NCBI GenBank assembly: GCA_946413985.1
Contig: CAMKMS010000004.1
Span: 1-55,145 of the forward strand
Reading direction: 5' to 3'
Origin: an uncultured Mycoplasmatota bacterium
GTDB taxonomy: Bacteria > Bacillota_I > Bacilli_A > RF39 > UBA660
DNA: 55,145 bases
Part shown: piece after piece, positions 19,161 to 29,423 of the stretch
Position numbering within the stretch: the first letter of the stretch is position 1
Layout: each line of letters starts with the position of its first letter
Notes under the pieces: model-generated
The model's database searches: none
What the model was told of the DNA's origin: nothing
What the model saw: only the letters and a program-made list of their open reading frames with translations
Made by a program: the position numbers and the translations under genes

Positions 19161-20918
19161 ATGCTAGGAAAAATATTAACAATTAGTAAAAATACTGCAA
19201 CTCTTGCTATTAATAAAGATGCAGGAGAAATAAATGATTTAATAAATTTACACGTAGTATTTGAAGATAATAATAAAAAGATATTAGGTGAAATAGATTC
19301 AATTAATCAAGATACAATAAATGTTACATTTTTGGGTGAACTTACCGAAAATGATTTTATTGGTGGTTTAATAAGAAAACCAAGTTTAAATGCAAATGTT
19401 AGAATTATTAATGAGCAGGAACTAGCTATTTTGACGGGAAATGAGAATGCTAGTATTCAACTTGGAGTATCACCTTTATATAATGATTTTCCTTTGAAGG
19501 TTAGTATCGATGAATTATTCTCAAACCATACTGCTATATTTGGTAATACTGGTAGTGGTAAAACATATGGTATTTGTAGAATAATACAAAATATTTTTCC
19601 AAATAGCAGTATTATTCCATATAAGGCAAATTTATTTATATTTGATTCTTATGGTGAATATATAAATGCATTTAAAGATTTAAGTAATAATAATCCTTAT
19701 TATTCTTTTAAAGTAATAACTACAAATAAAAGTAAACCTTATGAGAAATTAAATATTCCAGTGTGTTTACTTGATTTAGAAGATATATTAAATTTACTTG
19801 AGGCTACAAGTTTTTCTCAAATTGCAATGATTGAAACAGCTCTTACATATGTTCGTATGTTTGCAAGAAACGATAAAGAGGCAGCTGAATTTAAGAATCA
19901 TGTTCTTGCTAAAGCAATTATTTCAATAATGTATACTAATCAAACTTCTGCAAGAATAAGAGATCAGATTTTTGAAATATTAAATGAAACAAATACTCCA
20001 GAGTTATCATTAGATACTGAAGTACCTGGAATTGGATTTACTCGTAAATTTAGAAATTGTTTTGATATAGATAGTGAAGGAAGATTTGCAGAACATAAAA
20101 TAATATCAGATTATATTAAGACTTTTATAGATGATAATAGACATTGGAATTTTAATTCTGAGGGAGTTTATTATTCACTTCATGATTTAGAAGTTGCATT
20201 GAATTTCACACTTTATAGTGAAAGATATTTGCTTAATGAAGCAATGTATGATTCTGCAATGAGTTTAAAAGTAAAATTACATGATTTGACTAATCGTGGT
20301 AATGGAGAGTTCTTTAGTGCAAATGAATATATTACTATAGATGAATACATTAAGAGATTACAAATAAATGGTAATAAAAAAAGTCAAATTGTTAACTTTA
20401 ATTTAGAAGATGTTGATGATAGATTTGCAAGAAGTATAGTTAAAATATTTGGACGTATGTTTATGAAATTCACTAGAAGCTTATCTGATCGAGCAACATT
20501 TCCAATACATATGATATTAGAAGAAGCTCATAGATATGTTTTAGAAGGCGATGATAAAAAGTTATTTGGATATAATATATTTGAAAGAATAGCTAAAGAA
20601 GGTCGTAAATATGGATTAATTCTTGATTTAATTACACAAAGACCAACCGACTTAAATGAAAATGTTATATCACAATGTGCTAACTTTTTGATATTTAAAA
20701 TCAATCACCCAGCTGATCTTGAATATATCGCAAAAAGTGTTCCAAATATGAGTGAAGATATAGTAGAAAAACAAAAGACATTACAAGCAGGAACTTGTGT
20801 TGCTTTTGGTAGAATATTTAAAATACCAATGATTGCTAAGATGGAGAAAGCTGATCCACCACCAACAAGTTCAAACTGCGAAGTTTATAAAAACTGGATG
20901 GTACAATTAAAACAATAA
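19161..20918 (+). CDS. HerA/DUF87-family ATPase
   Basis: N-terminal HAS-barrel-like region, HTAIFGNTGSGKT, FDSYGEY, MILEEAH, IAKEGRKYG, ITQRP; upstream TGtTATAAT (19119-19127). Confidence 0.9.
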   Translation: MLGKILTISKNTATLAINKDAGEINDLINLHVVFEDNNKKILGEIDSINQDTINVTFLGELTENDFIGGLIRKPSLNANVRIINEQELAILTGNENASIQLGVSPLYNDFPLKVSIDELFSNHTAIFGNTGSGKTYGICRIIQNIFPNSSIIPYKANLFIFDSYGEYINAFKDLSNNNPYYSFKVITTNKSKPYEKLNIPVCLLDLEDILNLLEATSFSQIAMIETALTYVRMFARNDKEAAEFKNHVLAKAIISIMYTNQTSARIRDQIFEILNETNTPELSLDTEVPGIGFTRKFRNCFDIDSEGRFAEHKIISDYIKTFIDDNRHWNFNSEGVYYSLHDLEVALNFTLYSERYLLNEAMYDSAMSLKVKLHDLTNRGNGEFFSANEYITIDEYIKRLQINGNKKSQIVNFNLEDVDDRFARSIVKIFGRMFMKFTRSLSDRATFPIHMILEEAHRYVLEGDDKKLFGYNIFERIAKEGRKYGLILDLITQRPTDLNENVISQCANFLIFKINHPADLEYIAKSVPNMSEDIVEKQKTLQAGTCVAFGRIFKIPMIAKMEKADPPPTSSNCEVYKNWMVQLKQ

Positions 20919-20950
20919 TTTTAAAAATAGCTTAGAAAGGAGGATAATCT

Positions 20951-23356
20951 ATGTATGATTTAGGTGAATACTTTAAAATAGATTTAGTAAAGAGTAAAAC
21001 ACCATCAACATTTGTTTATAGAGGTAAAAACTATAGAATTAGTATTTTATCTGATACTCTAATTAGATTAGAATATAGTGAGTCTGGATCATTTAATGAT
21101 TATCCTACTTTTTTTGCTCAAAATAGAAGTTTTGGTCAACCTAAAGTTGAAGTAGTAGAGGATGAAAGTATTCTAATTATTAGAAATGATAATTTTGTAT
21201 TAGAATATAAGAAAAATAAAAATTTTGTTGGAAGTAAACTAATGCCTGAACAGAATTTAAAAGTAACTATAACAAATACTGAAAAAATATGGTATTTCAA
21301 TCATCCTGAAGCAAGAAACTTTAAAGGAACAGCATTTAGTTTAGATAATATGAATGGAAGTGTGGATCTTGACAAAGGCTTATTTTCTTTAGATGGATTT
21401 ACATCAATTGATGATGAAAGAACACCAATTTTAGATAAGAGTGGAAATATAATTGCTCCAAATTATATGAATATTGATACATATTTATTTGTATATAATT
21501 CAAACTTTGGAATAGGACTTAGAGACTATTTTAACTTAACAGGTTTACCATTATTACCTCCTAGATATACTTTTGGAGTATGGTGGAATAAAAATGAAGA
21601 GTATAGCGAAGAAAAGGTATTAGACCTTGTTAATTCATTTAAGAGATATAAAATACCATTCTCTGTATTATTATTAGGTGAATATGCTAGAAATAAATAT
21701 AGTTCTACAAATACTAGTTTTTCATTTAACAAAAATATTTTTCCTAATCCAAAGGCTTTGTCATCATTCTTAAATAAAAATGGAATTCATTTAGGACTAA
21801 ATATTAAGACGGATGGTATTATAAGTACAGAAGAAGAACATCATGATGATTTTGTTAAAATATATAGTGCTGATGCAGATAAAAATATTCCAATAAATGT
21901 ATATAATCCTAATTTAATGGATGGTTTTTTAAAAGGCATTATTAATCCATTATTAAATACAGGTGTAGATGTATTATGGATAGATGATGATAATAAAAAT
22001 AATAATTTAAGGAATTTTGCTTCAAATTATTATTTGTATAAAAATTTTCTTTCTAACGTTGAAAAGAGAGGATTAATTTTATCACGTAATTTTGGTATTG
22101 CACCTCATAGATATTCTATTCTTTATTCTGGAAATACATTTATTAATTGGAAAACACTAAGATATTTGCCATTTTTTAATTCAACTGCATCTAATATAGG
22201 CGTTTCTTATTGGAGTCATGATATTGGTGGATTTAAAGGTGGCATTGAAGATGGCGAACTATATATGAGATATGTTCAATTAGGTGTTTATAGTCCAATA
22301 TTAAGACTTTCAAGTGATGCTGGAAAATATTATAAAAGAGAGCCATGGAAATGGGATGCTGAAACATTTAATATTACTCATGAATATTTAACATTAAGAC
22401 ATAGATTGATTCCATATTTGTATAGTGAAGCAAAAAAATATTCATCTTTTGGTTCACCTATGATACAGCCATTATATTACAAATATCCCGAAACATATGA
22501 TGAACCTCTTTATAAAAATGAGTATTATTTTGGAAGTGAATTATTTATTTCACCAATCGTAACACCAAAAGATAGTATTATGAGTAGAGTTGTTCATAGA
22601 TTATTTTTACCAAATGGAGTTTGGTATGATTTTAAGACTGGTAAAAAGTTTACTGGTGGACGAAGATATGTTACTTTCTATAGAGATGAAGATTATCCAG
22701 TATTTGCTAAAACTGGAGCTATTATTCCAATGGCAGTATTAGATCCAGATAATATTAATGATGTATCTTCTCCTAAAACTCTTGAAATTCATATTTTCCC
22801 AGGAAGAAGTAATACATATAAACTATATGAAGATGATGGTTATTCATCTAAATATAAAGATGGTTTAAGTTATACAACAGAAATTAATTATTATTATAAA
22901 GAAAATGACTTTTCTGTTTCTTTAGAACCAAAAGATGGTCAAAGAGAAGTAGTTCCTGAAAATAGAAATTATATAATAAGATTTAGAAATACAAAGTATA
23001 CTAAAGGTGTACAAGTATTTAGTAATGAAATAAATGTTCCATTCAAGAGCTATATTGAAGATAATGATTTTGTTATTACTTTTGATAATATACCTACTGA
23101 TGCTAAAATATATGTTTATTGTAAGGGAAATGATATTGAAATAGACGCTTCTCGTGCAATAAATGATGATTTAGAAGGTATTATTACTGATTTAAAAATA
23201 TCAACAGAATTAAAGATTTTAATTGATTCAATATTATTTAGTGATAAACCAATTAAAGAAAAAAGAATTCAAATTAGAAAATTAAGAAGAAAAGGTCTTG
23301 ATACAATATTTATTAAAATGTTTATAAAACTATTAGAATATATTGCAGAAGTATAA
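20951..23356 (+). CDS. GH31 (GH31_u1-like) glycoside hydrolase homolog, probably catalytically inactive
   Basis: PPRYTFGVWW, GVDVLWIDD, WSHDIGGF, REPW, LRHRLIPYLYS, LYEDDG; acid/base motif reads YSGNT rather than FSGDT. Confidence 0.85.
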   Translation: MYDLGEYFKIDLVKSKTPSTFVYRGKNYRISILSDTLIRLEYSESGSFNDYPTFFAQNRSFGQPKVEVVEDESILIIRNDNFVLEYKKNKNFVGSKLMPEQNLKVTITNTEKIWYFNHPEARNFKGTAFSLDNMNGSVDLDKGLFSLDGFTSIDDERTPILDKSGNIIAPNYMNIDTYLFVYNSNFGIGLRDYFNLTGLPLLPPRYTFGVWWNKNEEYSEEKVLDLVNSFKRYKIPFSVLLLGEYARNKYSSTNTSFSFNKNIFPNPKALSSFLNKNGIHLGLNIKTDGIISTEEEHHDDFVKIYSADADKNIPINVYNPNLMDGFLKGIINPLLNTGVDVLWIDDDNKNNNLRNFASNYYLYKNFLSNVEKRGLILSRNFGIAPHRYSILYSGNTFINWKTLRYLPFFNSTASNIGVSYWSHDIGGFKGGIEDGELYMRYVQLGVYSPILRLSSDAGKYYKREPWKWDAETFNITHEYLTLRHRLIPYLYSEAKKYSSFGSPMIQPLYYKYPETYDEPLYKNEYYFGSELFISPIVTPKDSIMSRVVHRLFLPNGVWYDFKTGKKFTGGRRYVTFYRDEDYPVFAKTGAIIPMAVLDPDNINDVSSPKTLEIHIFPGRSNTYKLYEDDGYSSKYKDGLSYTTEINYYYKENDFSVSLEPKDGQREVVPENRNYIIRFRNTKYTKGVQVFSNEINVPFKSYIEDNDFVITFDNIPTDAKIYVYCKGNDIEIDASRAINDDLEGIITDLKISTELKILIDSILFSDKPIKEKRIQIRKLRRKGLDTIFIKMFIKLLEYIAEV

Positions 23357-23387
23357 AAGCATCAATTATTAGAGTTGGTGCTTTTTT
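23355..23387 (+). terminator. Intrinsic terminator closing the HerA-GH31 operon
   Basis: AAAAGCATCAATT...AGTTGGTGCTTTT plus T-run. Confidence 0.75.
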
Positions 23388-23457
23388 ATAAAAAAAATCT
23401 TTATTAAAGAGTATAAATGTGTTAAAATATTAATGTATATTAAAATAGGTGAAGAGA

Positions 23458-26217
23458 ATGAAAAAAATAATTAAATTATTATTTTTGTTAATGTTAATAT
23501 TACCGATATTTATTAGTGCTGATACTTATAAAAATGCAGTTAAGAATGCTAATGAATTAATTAATCAAGAATATTATATAAATACTTATGAAAAATATAT
23601 ATTACAAGGAAAAAAGATTAAGTATGAATTTAGTAATGGTAAGAATAAATATAATTCATTATTTGTTAAGGGTGGATTTATTAGTAAGGATGAATATGAA
23701 TTAACAAAGGTAAAAGGACTTTCATATTTATTAATAAATGATAGCTTTTGGACATTATCAAAAGATAAGAAAAATGTATATGTTATAACAACAGATGATA
23801 TAGATATTGCTAAAGATCCTAATAGTGACTATTTTTCTAGGGTAACAGAATATGTAAGACCTAAAACAGTTGTTAGTGGAAGTGGAACTCAAAATGATCC
23901 TTGGCAATTTGATCCTATGTATAAAGTTTCTGCTATAGTTAATCCAGATTACGCAACAATAGAAAGTGGAAATAATGAATATGTTAAAGGAAATTGTGAA
24001 ACTGCAGAATGTAGTGCAAATATAAAGATTATTGGAAAAGGTGGATATAGATATATTTCTAATGATTGTAATGGAGTATATGATATTAAAACAAAAACTT
24101 TAAATGTTAAAACTGTAAAAAAGAATTTAGAATGTAATGTTGAATTCGGTTATGGTCTTTTTACAATAAACATTACTGATGCTAAACCAGATACTTTTTA
24201 CGCAATATATGGCGATAATTATTATTCAGATATTGATAATAAAACAGTTTTAAATACATTAAGTTCAGTTACACCTAAGAAAGGTTATACTTTTAAAGGA
24301 TTTATATATGAAGATCTTGAAATAGTAGATAGTAAGAAGAATTTGGTTAAATCATCGTTAAATAATATAACTAAAGATTTAACAATACTTCCTACTTGGG
24401 AAGCTAATAAATATACAGTTTCATATGATTGTAATGGTGGATTTGATTCTCCAAAGAATCAGACTGTTACATTTGAAGGACCATTTACTATAACTGATGA
24501 ATTGTGTAAAAGAGAGGGTTATATTCAAGTTGGATGGAATTCATCAAGTGATGGTGATGGATTCTCTTGGAATAAACAAAATAGAACAAATTGGTCATGG
24601 AGTTTAGATAATAATGTGACTCTTTATGCAATATGGAAAAAATGTAGTGCAGGTACTTATTCAGGTGCTAGTGACAATAAATGTAATGATTGCGAAGCTG
24701 GAACGTATTCTTCAAGTGGAGCTGGAAAATGTTCTCTTTGCCCAAGTGGATATACTAGTGAAGCTGGTTCTGATAAAATAGACAAATGCTTTATTAAAGT
24801 CGAAGCGGGAAAACGTTTAATAGAAGCAAAAACAAATAAAATTGTTGAATGTCCAGATGGTCAGTATAGTGAAGAGCATTCAGTTACTTATGGACGTGTT
24901 AGTTCATGTACTTCTTGTCCAGTTGGTTATGATGATGGAACTAAACTTGAAGATAAAACTAGCCAGAAGAAGTGTTTAAGAAAAATATCAGCAGGATATT
25001 ATATTTCTGCTCCATATGCAGCTGGTAATACTATTTGCGAAAATGGAAAATACAAAGAAGCTCATCAATTACATTATGGAGAAACAAGTAGTTGTGAGTC
25101 ATGTCCAAATGGATATAGAGATGGATCTAAAATAGAAAACAAAGTATCAGAAAATAAGTGTTTAAGAAAAGTTACTGCAGGATATTATATAGCTAGTTCA
25201 AAATCAATTAACAATACATTGTGTCCAACAGGACAATATAGTATAACTCATTCAATCCTATATGGAGAAACAAGTAAATGTAGTGAATGCCCTAATGGAT
25301 ATCAAGATGGAAGGAAACTTGAAAATAAAGTATCTAAAGAAAGTTGCTTAAAAAATGTTCCAGCAGGAAGTTATGTAGCAAGTGAAAAATCTGAAGAAAG
25401 TAAAGTTTGCCCTAATGGTTTCTATAAAGAATCTCATCAATTAACATATGGACAAACTAGTAAATGTACTGTTTGTCCAGAAGGATATAGAGATGGTGCT
25501 ACAGTATCAAATAAAACAGCAAAAAATAAATGTTTAAAAAATGTTAGTAGTGGATATTATATTTCTAAAGCTAATTCTAATAGTAGTACTTTATGTCCAA
25601 ATGGATATTATAAAGAAAAACATAGTGTAACATATGGATCTGTGAGTACTTGCTTACAATGTCCAGAAGGATATAGAGATGGTAAGAGTGCTACAAGTAA
25701 ATCTAGTCAAAGCTCTTGTACTAGAATTGTTGAAGCTGGATATTATATAGCTAAAGCTAATGATAAAACAAATTCATTGTGTGATAATGGAAGCTATAAA
25801 GGAACACATAATGTAACTTATGGAAGTACTAGTTCTTGTAATATTTGTCCAGATGGATATAGAGATGGAACATCTATTGACAGTAAGACTGCTGAAAATA
25901 AATGTGTAAGAAGTATTCCTGCTGGATATTATGTTATGGGTGCAAAGGCAACGAATGACACAGAATGTCCAGAGGGACATTATAAAACTGCTCATGTAGT
26001 AACATATGGAAGTATTAGTAGATGCTCAGTATGTCCTAGTGGATATAGGAATGGAACAACTGTTTCTAATAAAGTTTCTGAAAGTTCATGTGTTAGAAAT
26101 GTACCACAAAATTACTATGTAGAAAAGAGCAAAGATGATAAAAATACTGCATGTCCAAAGGGAACGACAAAGAAAGCTCATACAGTATTATATGGTCAAA
26201 CGAGTACTTGTAATTAA
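23458..26217 (+). CDS. Secreted protein with InlB-B/Flg_new-like repeat and tandem Cys-rich repeats
   Basis: Signal peptide MKKIIKLLFLLMLILPIFISA; YTVSYDCNGG...EGYIQVGWN...VTLYAIWK; CxxGxY Cys-rich repeats. Confidence 0.85.
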   Translation: MKKIIKLLFLLMLILPIFISADTYKNAVKNANELINQEYYINTYEKYILQGKKIKYEFSNGKNKYNSLFVKGGFISKDEYELTKVKGLSYLLINDSFWTLSKDKKNVYVITTDDIDIAKDPNSDYFSRVTEYVRPKTVVSGSGTQNDPWQFDPMYKVSAIVNPDYATIESGNNEYVKGNCETAECSANIKIIGKGGYRYISNDCNGVYDIKTKTLNVKTVKKNLECNVEFGYGLFTINITDAKPDTFYAIYGDNYYSDIDNKTVLNTLSSVTPKKGYTFKGFIYEDLEIVDSKKNLVKSSLNNITKDLTILPTWEANKYTVSYDCNGGFDSPKNQTVTFEGPFTITDELCKREGYIQVGWNSSSDGDGFSWNKQNRTNWSWSLDNNVTLYAIWKKCSAGTYSGASDNKCNDCEAGTYSSSGAGKCSLCPSGYTSEAGSDKIDKCFIKVEAGKRLIEAKTNKIVECPDGQYSEEHSVTYGRVSSCTSCPVGYDDGTKLEDKTSQKKCLRKISAGYYISAPYAAGNTICENGKYKEAHQLHYGETSSCESCPNGYRDGSKIENKVSENKCLRKVTAGYYIASSKSINNTLCPTGQYSITHSILYGETSKCSECPNGYQDGRKLENKVSKESCLKNVPAGSYVASEKSEESKVCPNGFYKESHQLTYGQTSKCTVCPEGYRDGATVSNKTAKNKCLKNVSSGYYISKANSNSSTLCPNGYYKEKHSVTYGSVSTCLQCPEGYRDGKSATSKSSQSSCTRIVEAGYYIAKANDKTNSLCDNGSYKGTHNVTYGSTSSCNICPDGYRDGTSIDSKTAENKCVRSIPAGYYVMGAKATNDTECPEGHYKTAHVVTYGSISRCSVCPSGYRNGTTVSNKVSESSCVRNVPQNYYVEKSKDDKNTACPKGTTKKAHTVLYGQTSTCN
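24850..26214 (+). repeat. Intragenic tandem repeat, 186 bp / 62 aa, 7 full units plus a partial one
   Basis: Units start at 24850, 25036 ... 26152; consensus CxxGxYxxxHxxxYGxxSxCxxCPxGYxDGxxxxxKxxxxxCxxxVxAGYY. Confidence 0.95.
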
Positions 26218-26223
26218 AATAAT

Positions 26224-26256
26224 AAAAAACAAAATAATGAATTATTTTGTTTTTTT
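26224..26256 (+). terminator. Intrinsic terminator
   Basis: AAAAAACAAAATAAT-GA-ATTATTTTGTTTTTT. Confidence 0.65.
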
Positions 26257-26363
26257 ATGATATGTTTAAATGATAAAAATAAATAATTAAAAATATAAAA
26301 AAATAATATCTTTTTTATCATAATAATGGTATAATTTTAATAGATTTTTTGGAGGATTTATAT

Positions 26364-26768
26364 ATGAAACTAACAAGAACAGAAGCAAGAGAAAAAGTGA
26401 TGATTATTTTATATCAAATAGATTTTTATTTAAAAGACAATATTTCTTTTGATGTAGAAAGTGTAATTAAAGAAAACTTAGAAATGGATAATAAATATGT
26501 TAATGATATAGTTAATGGTGTACTTCAATACTTAGAAGAAATAGATAAAACTATAAGCAAATATTTAGGTAATTGGAATTTAGATAGATTAGGCAAAACA
26601 GATAAGGCAATTTTAAGACTAGCAACTTATGAAATAGTATATTATGATACTCCAAAAATTGTTGCTATTAATGAGGCAGTAGAACTTGCTAAAAAGTATA
26701 GCGATGATAAAATAGTAAAATTAATAAATGCAGTTCTAGATAAAATTAGAGATGAAGTAGAGGAATAA
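26364..26768 (+). CDS. nusB: Transcription antitermination factor NusB
   Basis: RTEAREKVMIILYQ, WNLDRL..DKAILR, AINEAVELAKKYS, INAVLD; start moved to ATG 26364. Confidence 0.95.
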   Translation: MKLTRTEAREKVMIILYQIDFYLKDNISFDVESVIKENLEMDNKYVNDIVNGVLQYLEEIDKTISKYLGNWNLDRLGKTDKAILRLATYEIVYYDTPKIVAINEAVELAKKYSDDKIVKLINAVLDKIRDEVEE

Positions 26769-28103
26769 ATGAACGTTGAATATCTTACTATAAGTGATAT
26801 TAATAGGATTATTAAAAACACTATTGAAAACAATAGTGAACTTTCAAGTGTCTACTTAAAGGGAGAAGTTAGTAATATAAAATATCATTCAAGAGGGCAT
26901 TTGTATTTTAGTTTAAAAGATGAAAATAGTAAAATTAATGCTGTGATGTTCAATTATGAAAGATATTTGAATTTTAATCCAAAAGATGGCGATTCTGTTA
27001 TAGTTCATGGAAGAATAAGTGTATATGAAGCAAGTGGTAGCTATCAAATATATGTTGATTCTATGGAAATGGATGGTCTTGGTAACTTATATGTGTTATT
27101 TGAAAAATTAAAGAAAAAACTTAGTGAAGAAGGACTATTTGATAAGGAACATAAAAGAAAAATCAAAAGAGTTCCAAGAAAAATAGGAGTAATTACTGCA
27201 CCAACAGGCGCAGCTGTTAGAGATATTATTTCAACAATAAATAAGCGTTTTCCAATGACAGAAATTTATTTATTTCCAACACTGGTTCAAGGTGAAGATG
27301 CTGCACCTAATATAGTAGAAATGATTAATCTTGCCAATACTTTTGATGATATAGATACTATTATTTTGGGACGTGGTGGAGGATCTATTGAAGATTTATG
27401 GGCCTTTAATGAAGAAATAGTGGCAAGAGCCATATATAATAGTAGAATACCAATAATAAGTGGTGTAGGTCATGAAATTGATTTTACAATTAGTGATTTT
27501 GTTGCTGATTTACGTGCACCAACACCAACAGGTGCTGCATTAATGGCAACGCCAGATCATGAAGAAGTGAGAAGGTACTTTATAAGTTCAAAAGATAGAG
27601 TTAATAATGCTATTTTAAATAAACTAGATAGTCTAAATGAACTATTAAAAAAATATAAATCAAATTATATACTTAATAATCCAATGAGACTATATGAAAT
27701 GAAAGAGCAAAAATTAGATACTCTATATGACAGATTAAATAATATAATAAAAAATCGACTTGATAATTATAAACATATATTAGATAAATATAAATCAAAT
27801 TATATACTTAATAATCCTAATGTACTATATGATAGCGAAAAGGAAAAGATAAATAATTTAAAAGTAAATCTATTTAAAAATATAACTAACATCTTAGAAA
27901 AAAATGCTACTAGTATTAATACTTTAAAGGTTAAGTTGGATTTATTAAATCCAGATAATATTCTTGATAAAGGTTATAGTATAGTACATAAAGATGGCAA
28001 AATTATTAAGAATATTAATGATTTAGGTATTAATGATGATATTAATATAATGGTAAAAAATGGAAATATTTTAGCTAATGTTAAAGGAGTAAACGAAAAA
28101 TGA
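26769..28103 (+). CDS. xseA: Exodeoxyribonuclease VII large subunit
   Basis: GHLYFSLKD, TAPTGAAVRDI, RGGGSIEDLWAFNEE, GVGHEIDFT, RAPTPTGAA. Confidence 0.97.
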   Translation: MNVEYLTISDINRIIKNTIENNSELSSVYLKGEVSNIKYHSRGHLYFSLKDENSKINAVMFNYERYLNFNPKDGDSVIVHGRISVYEASGSYQIYVDSMEMDGLGNLYVLFEKLKKKLSEEGLFDKEHKRKIKRVPRKIGVITAPTGAAVRDIISTINKRFPMTEIYLFPTLVQGEDAAPNIVEMINLANTFDDIDTIILGRGGGSIEDLWAFNEEIVARAIYNSRIPIISGVGHEIDFTISDFVADLRAPTPTGAALMATPDHEEVRRYFISSKDRVNNAILNKLDSLNELLKKYKSNYILNNPMRLYEMKEQKLDTLYDRLNNIIKNRLDNYKHILDKYKSNYILNNPNVLYDSEKEKINNLKVNLFKNITNILEKNATSINTLKVKLDLLNPDNILDKGYSIVHKDGKIIKNINDLGINDDINIMVKNGNILANVKGVNEK

Positions 28104-28330
28104 CAGTAAAAAAAGAAGAAAAAACATTTGAAGAACAGGTAAGAGAACTTGAAACTATAGTAGGAGAACTTGAAAGTGGGGAACTTGATTTAGATAAATC
28201 AATAGTGAAATATACTGAAGCAATGAAACTAATCGAATCATGTGAGACTAAATTAAATAATGCTACTGAAACAATAAATAAATTAGTGGATAAAAATGGT
28301 AAAATAACTGATTTTGAAATTAATGAATAA
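28100..28330 (+). CDS. xseB: Exodeoxyribonuclease VII small subunit
   Basis: FEE..ELETIV.ELESGELDLDKSI..Y; overlaps xseA stop. Confidence 0.95.
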   Translation: MTVKKEEKTFEEQVRELETIVGELESGELDLDKSIVKYTEAMKLIESCETKLNNATETINKLVDKNGKITDFEINE

Positions 28331-28388
28331 CAATAATTGGATATATAATCAATAGTAATAAAGCCAAAATAATAAAGAGGTGAAATGT

Positions 28389-29366
28389 ATGAAAAAGATA
28401 CTTTTTACTTTCTTTATTATTTTTATTTTACCAATAAGTATACTTGCTTATTCAAATAAAATAATAGTTGGTGGAGAAAGTATTGGTATAAATATTGAAA
28501 GTAATGGTCTGGAAATAGTTGGTTATTATAAAGTTAAAGGTAAATATATAAATAAAGATTTTTTAATTGGAGATAGAATAATAAAAATTGATGGTGTTAA
28601 TGTCTCTAATAATGATGATTTATTAAATATAATTAATCATAAAAAACAAGATAATTATAAAGCTATTATTATTCGAAATAACGAAGAAAAAACTATTGAT
28701 TTAAATATAATAGAAGAAAACAATAAATATAAAACTGGATTATATATAAAAGATAGTGTTGTTGGTTTAGGAACTTTAACATATATTGATCCAGAAACAA
28801 AAATATATGGTTCTTTGGGACATGAAATTAACTATAGTGAATCAAATAATAGAGTAAGTGTAAAAGATGGGAGAATAATTGAAAGTAAAGTCACTAATAT
28901 TAATAAAAGTACTAATGGAAATGTTGGAAGTAAAAATGCGACATTACTCTTTAATAATATTATTGGTAATATAAAAAGTAATACTATTAATGGTTTATAT
29001 GGTTATTATTTGAAAAAGATACCAAATGATAGATTATATGAAATTGAAACATTTGATAACATAAATAAAGGAAAAGCTTATATATTAACAGTAACAAATA
29101 ATAATGAAATTAAAAAATATAATATAAACATTTTAGAAAAGTATTATAGTAAGAAAGATACAAATAAAGCATTTAGCTTTAAAGTGATTGATGATGAATT
29201 AATAAGTAAAACAGGTGGTATTGTTCAAGGAATGAGTGGTTCACCAATTATACAAAATAATAAGGTGATAGGTTCAGTTACTAACGTAGTTATTGATAAT
29301 GTTAAAATGGGATATGGAATTTCAATTATTACAATGCTAGAAGAGGGAGATAAAATAAAGAATTAA
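28389..29366 (+). CDS. spoIVB: SpoIVB-like peptidase S55 with PDZ domain
   Basis: Signal peptide, GGESIGI, PDZ GDRIIKIDG, GLGTLTYIDP, SLGHEI, TGGIVQGMSGSPIIQ. Confidence 0.9.
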   Translation: MKKILFTFFIIFILPISILAYSNKIIVGGESIGINIESNGLEIVGYYKVKGKYINKDFLIGDRIIKIDGVNVSNNDDLLNIINHKKQDNYKAIIIRNNEEKTIDLNIIEENNKYKTGLYIKDSVVGLGTLTYIDPETKIYGSLGHEINYSESNNRVSVKDGRIIESKVTNINKSTNGNVGSKNATLLFNNIIGNIKSNTINGLYGYYLKKIPNDRLYEIETFDNINKGKAYILTVTNNNEIKKYNINILEKYYSKKDTNKAFSFKVIDDELISKTGGIVQGMSGSPIIQNNKVIGSVTNVVIDNVKMGYGISIITMLEEGDKIKN

Positions 29367-29423
29367 TATTGTAAATTAATTCTTTTTTTGTTAAAATTAT
29401 ATATAGAATATGGAGGAAGTCAT

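Noticed and set aside
24850-26214. CRISPR array or DNA-level repeat element
   Set aside because: The repeats are in-frame protein repeats with diverged DNA; there is no repeat-spacer pattern or cas gene in the window.
28339-28371. SigF/SigG promoter before spoIVB
   Set aside because: The match (ATATA...AGCCAAAATA) is too weak in such AT-rich DNA to support.
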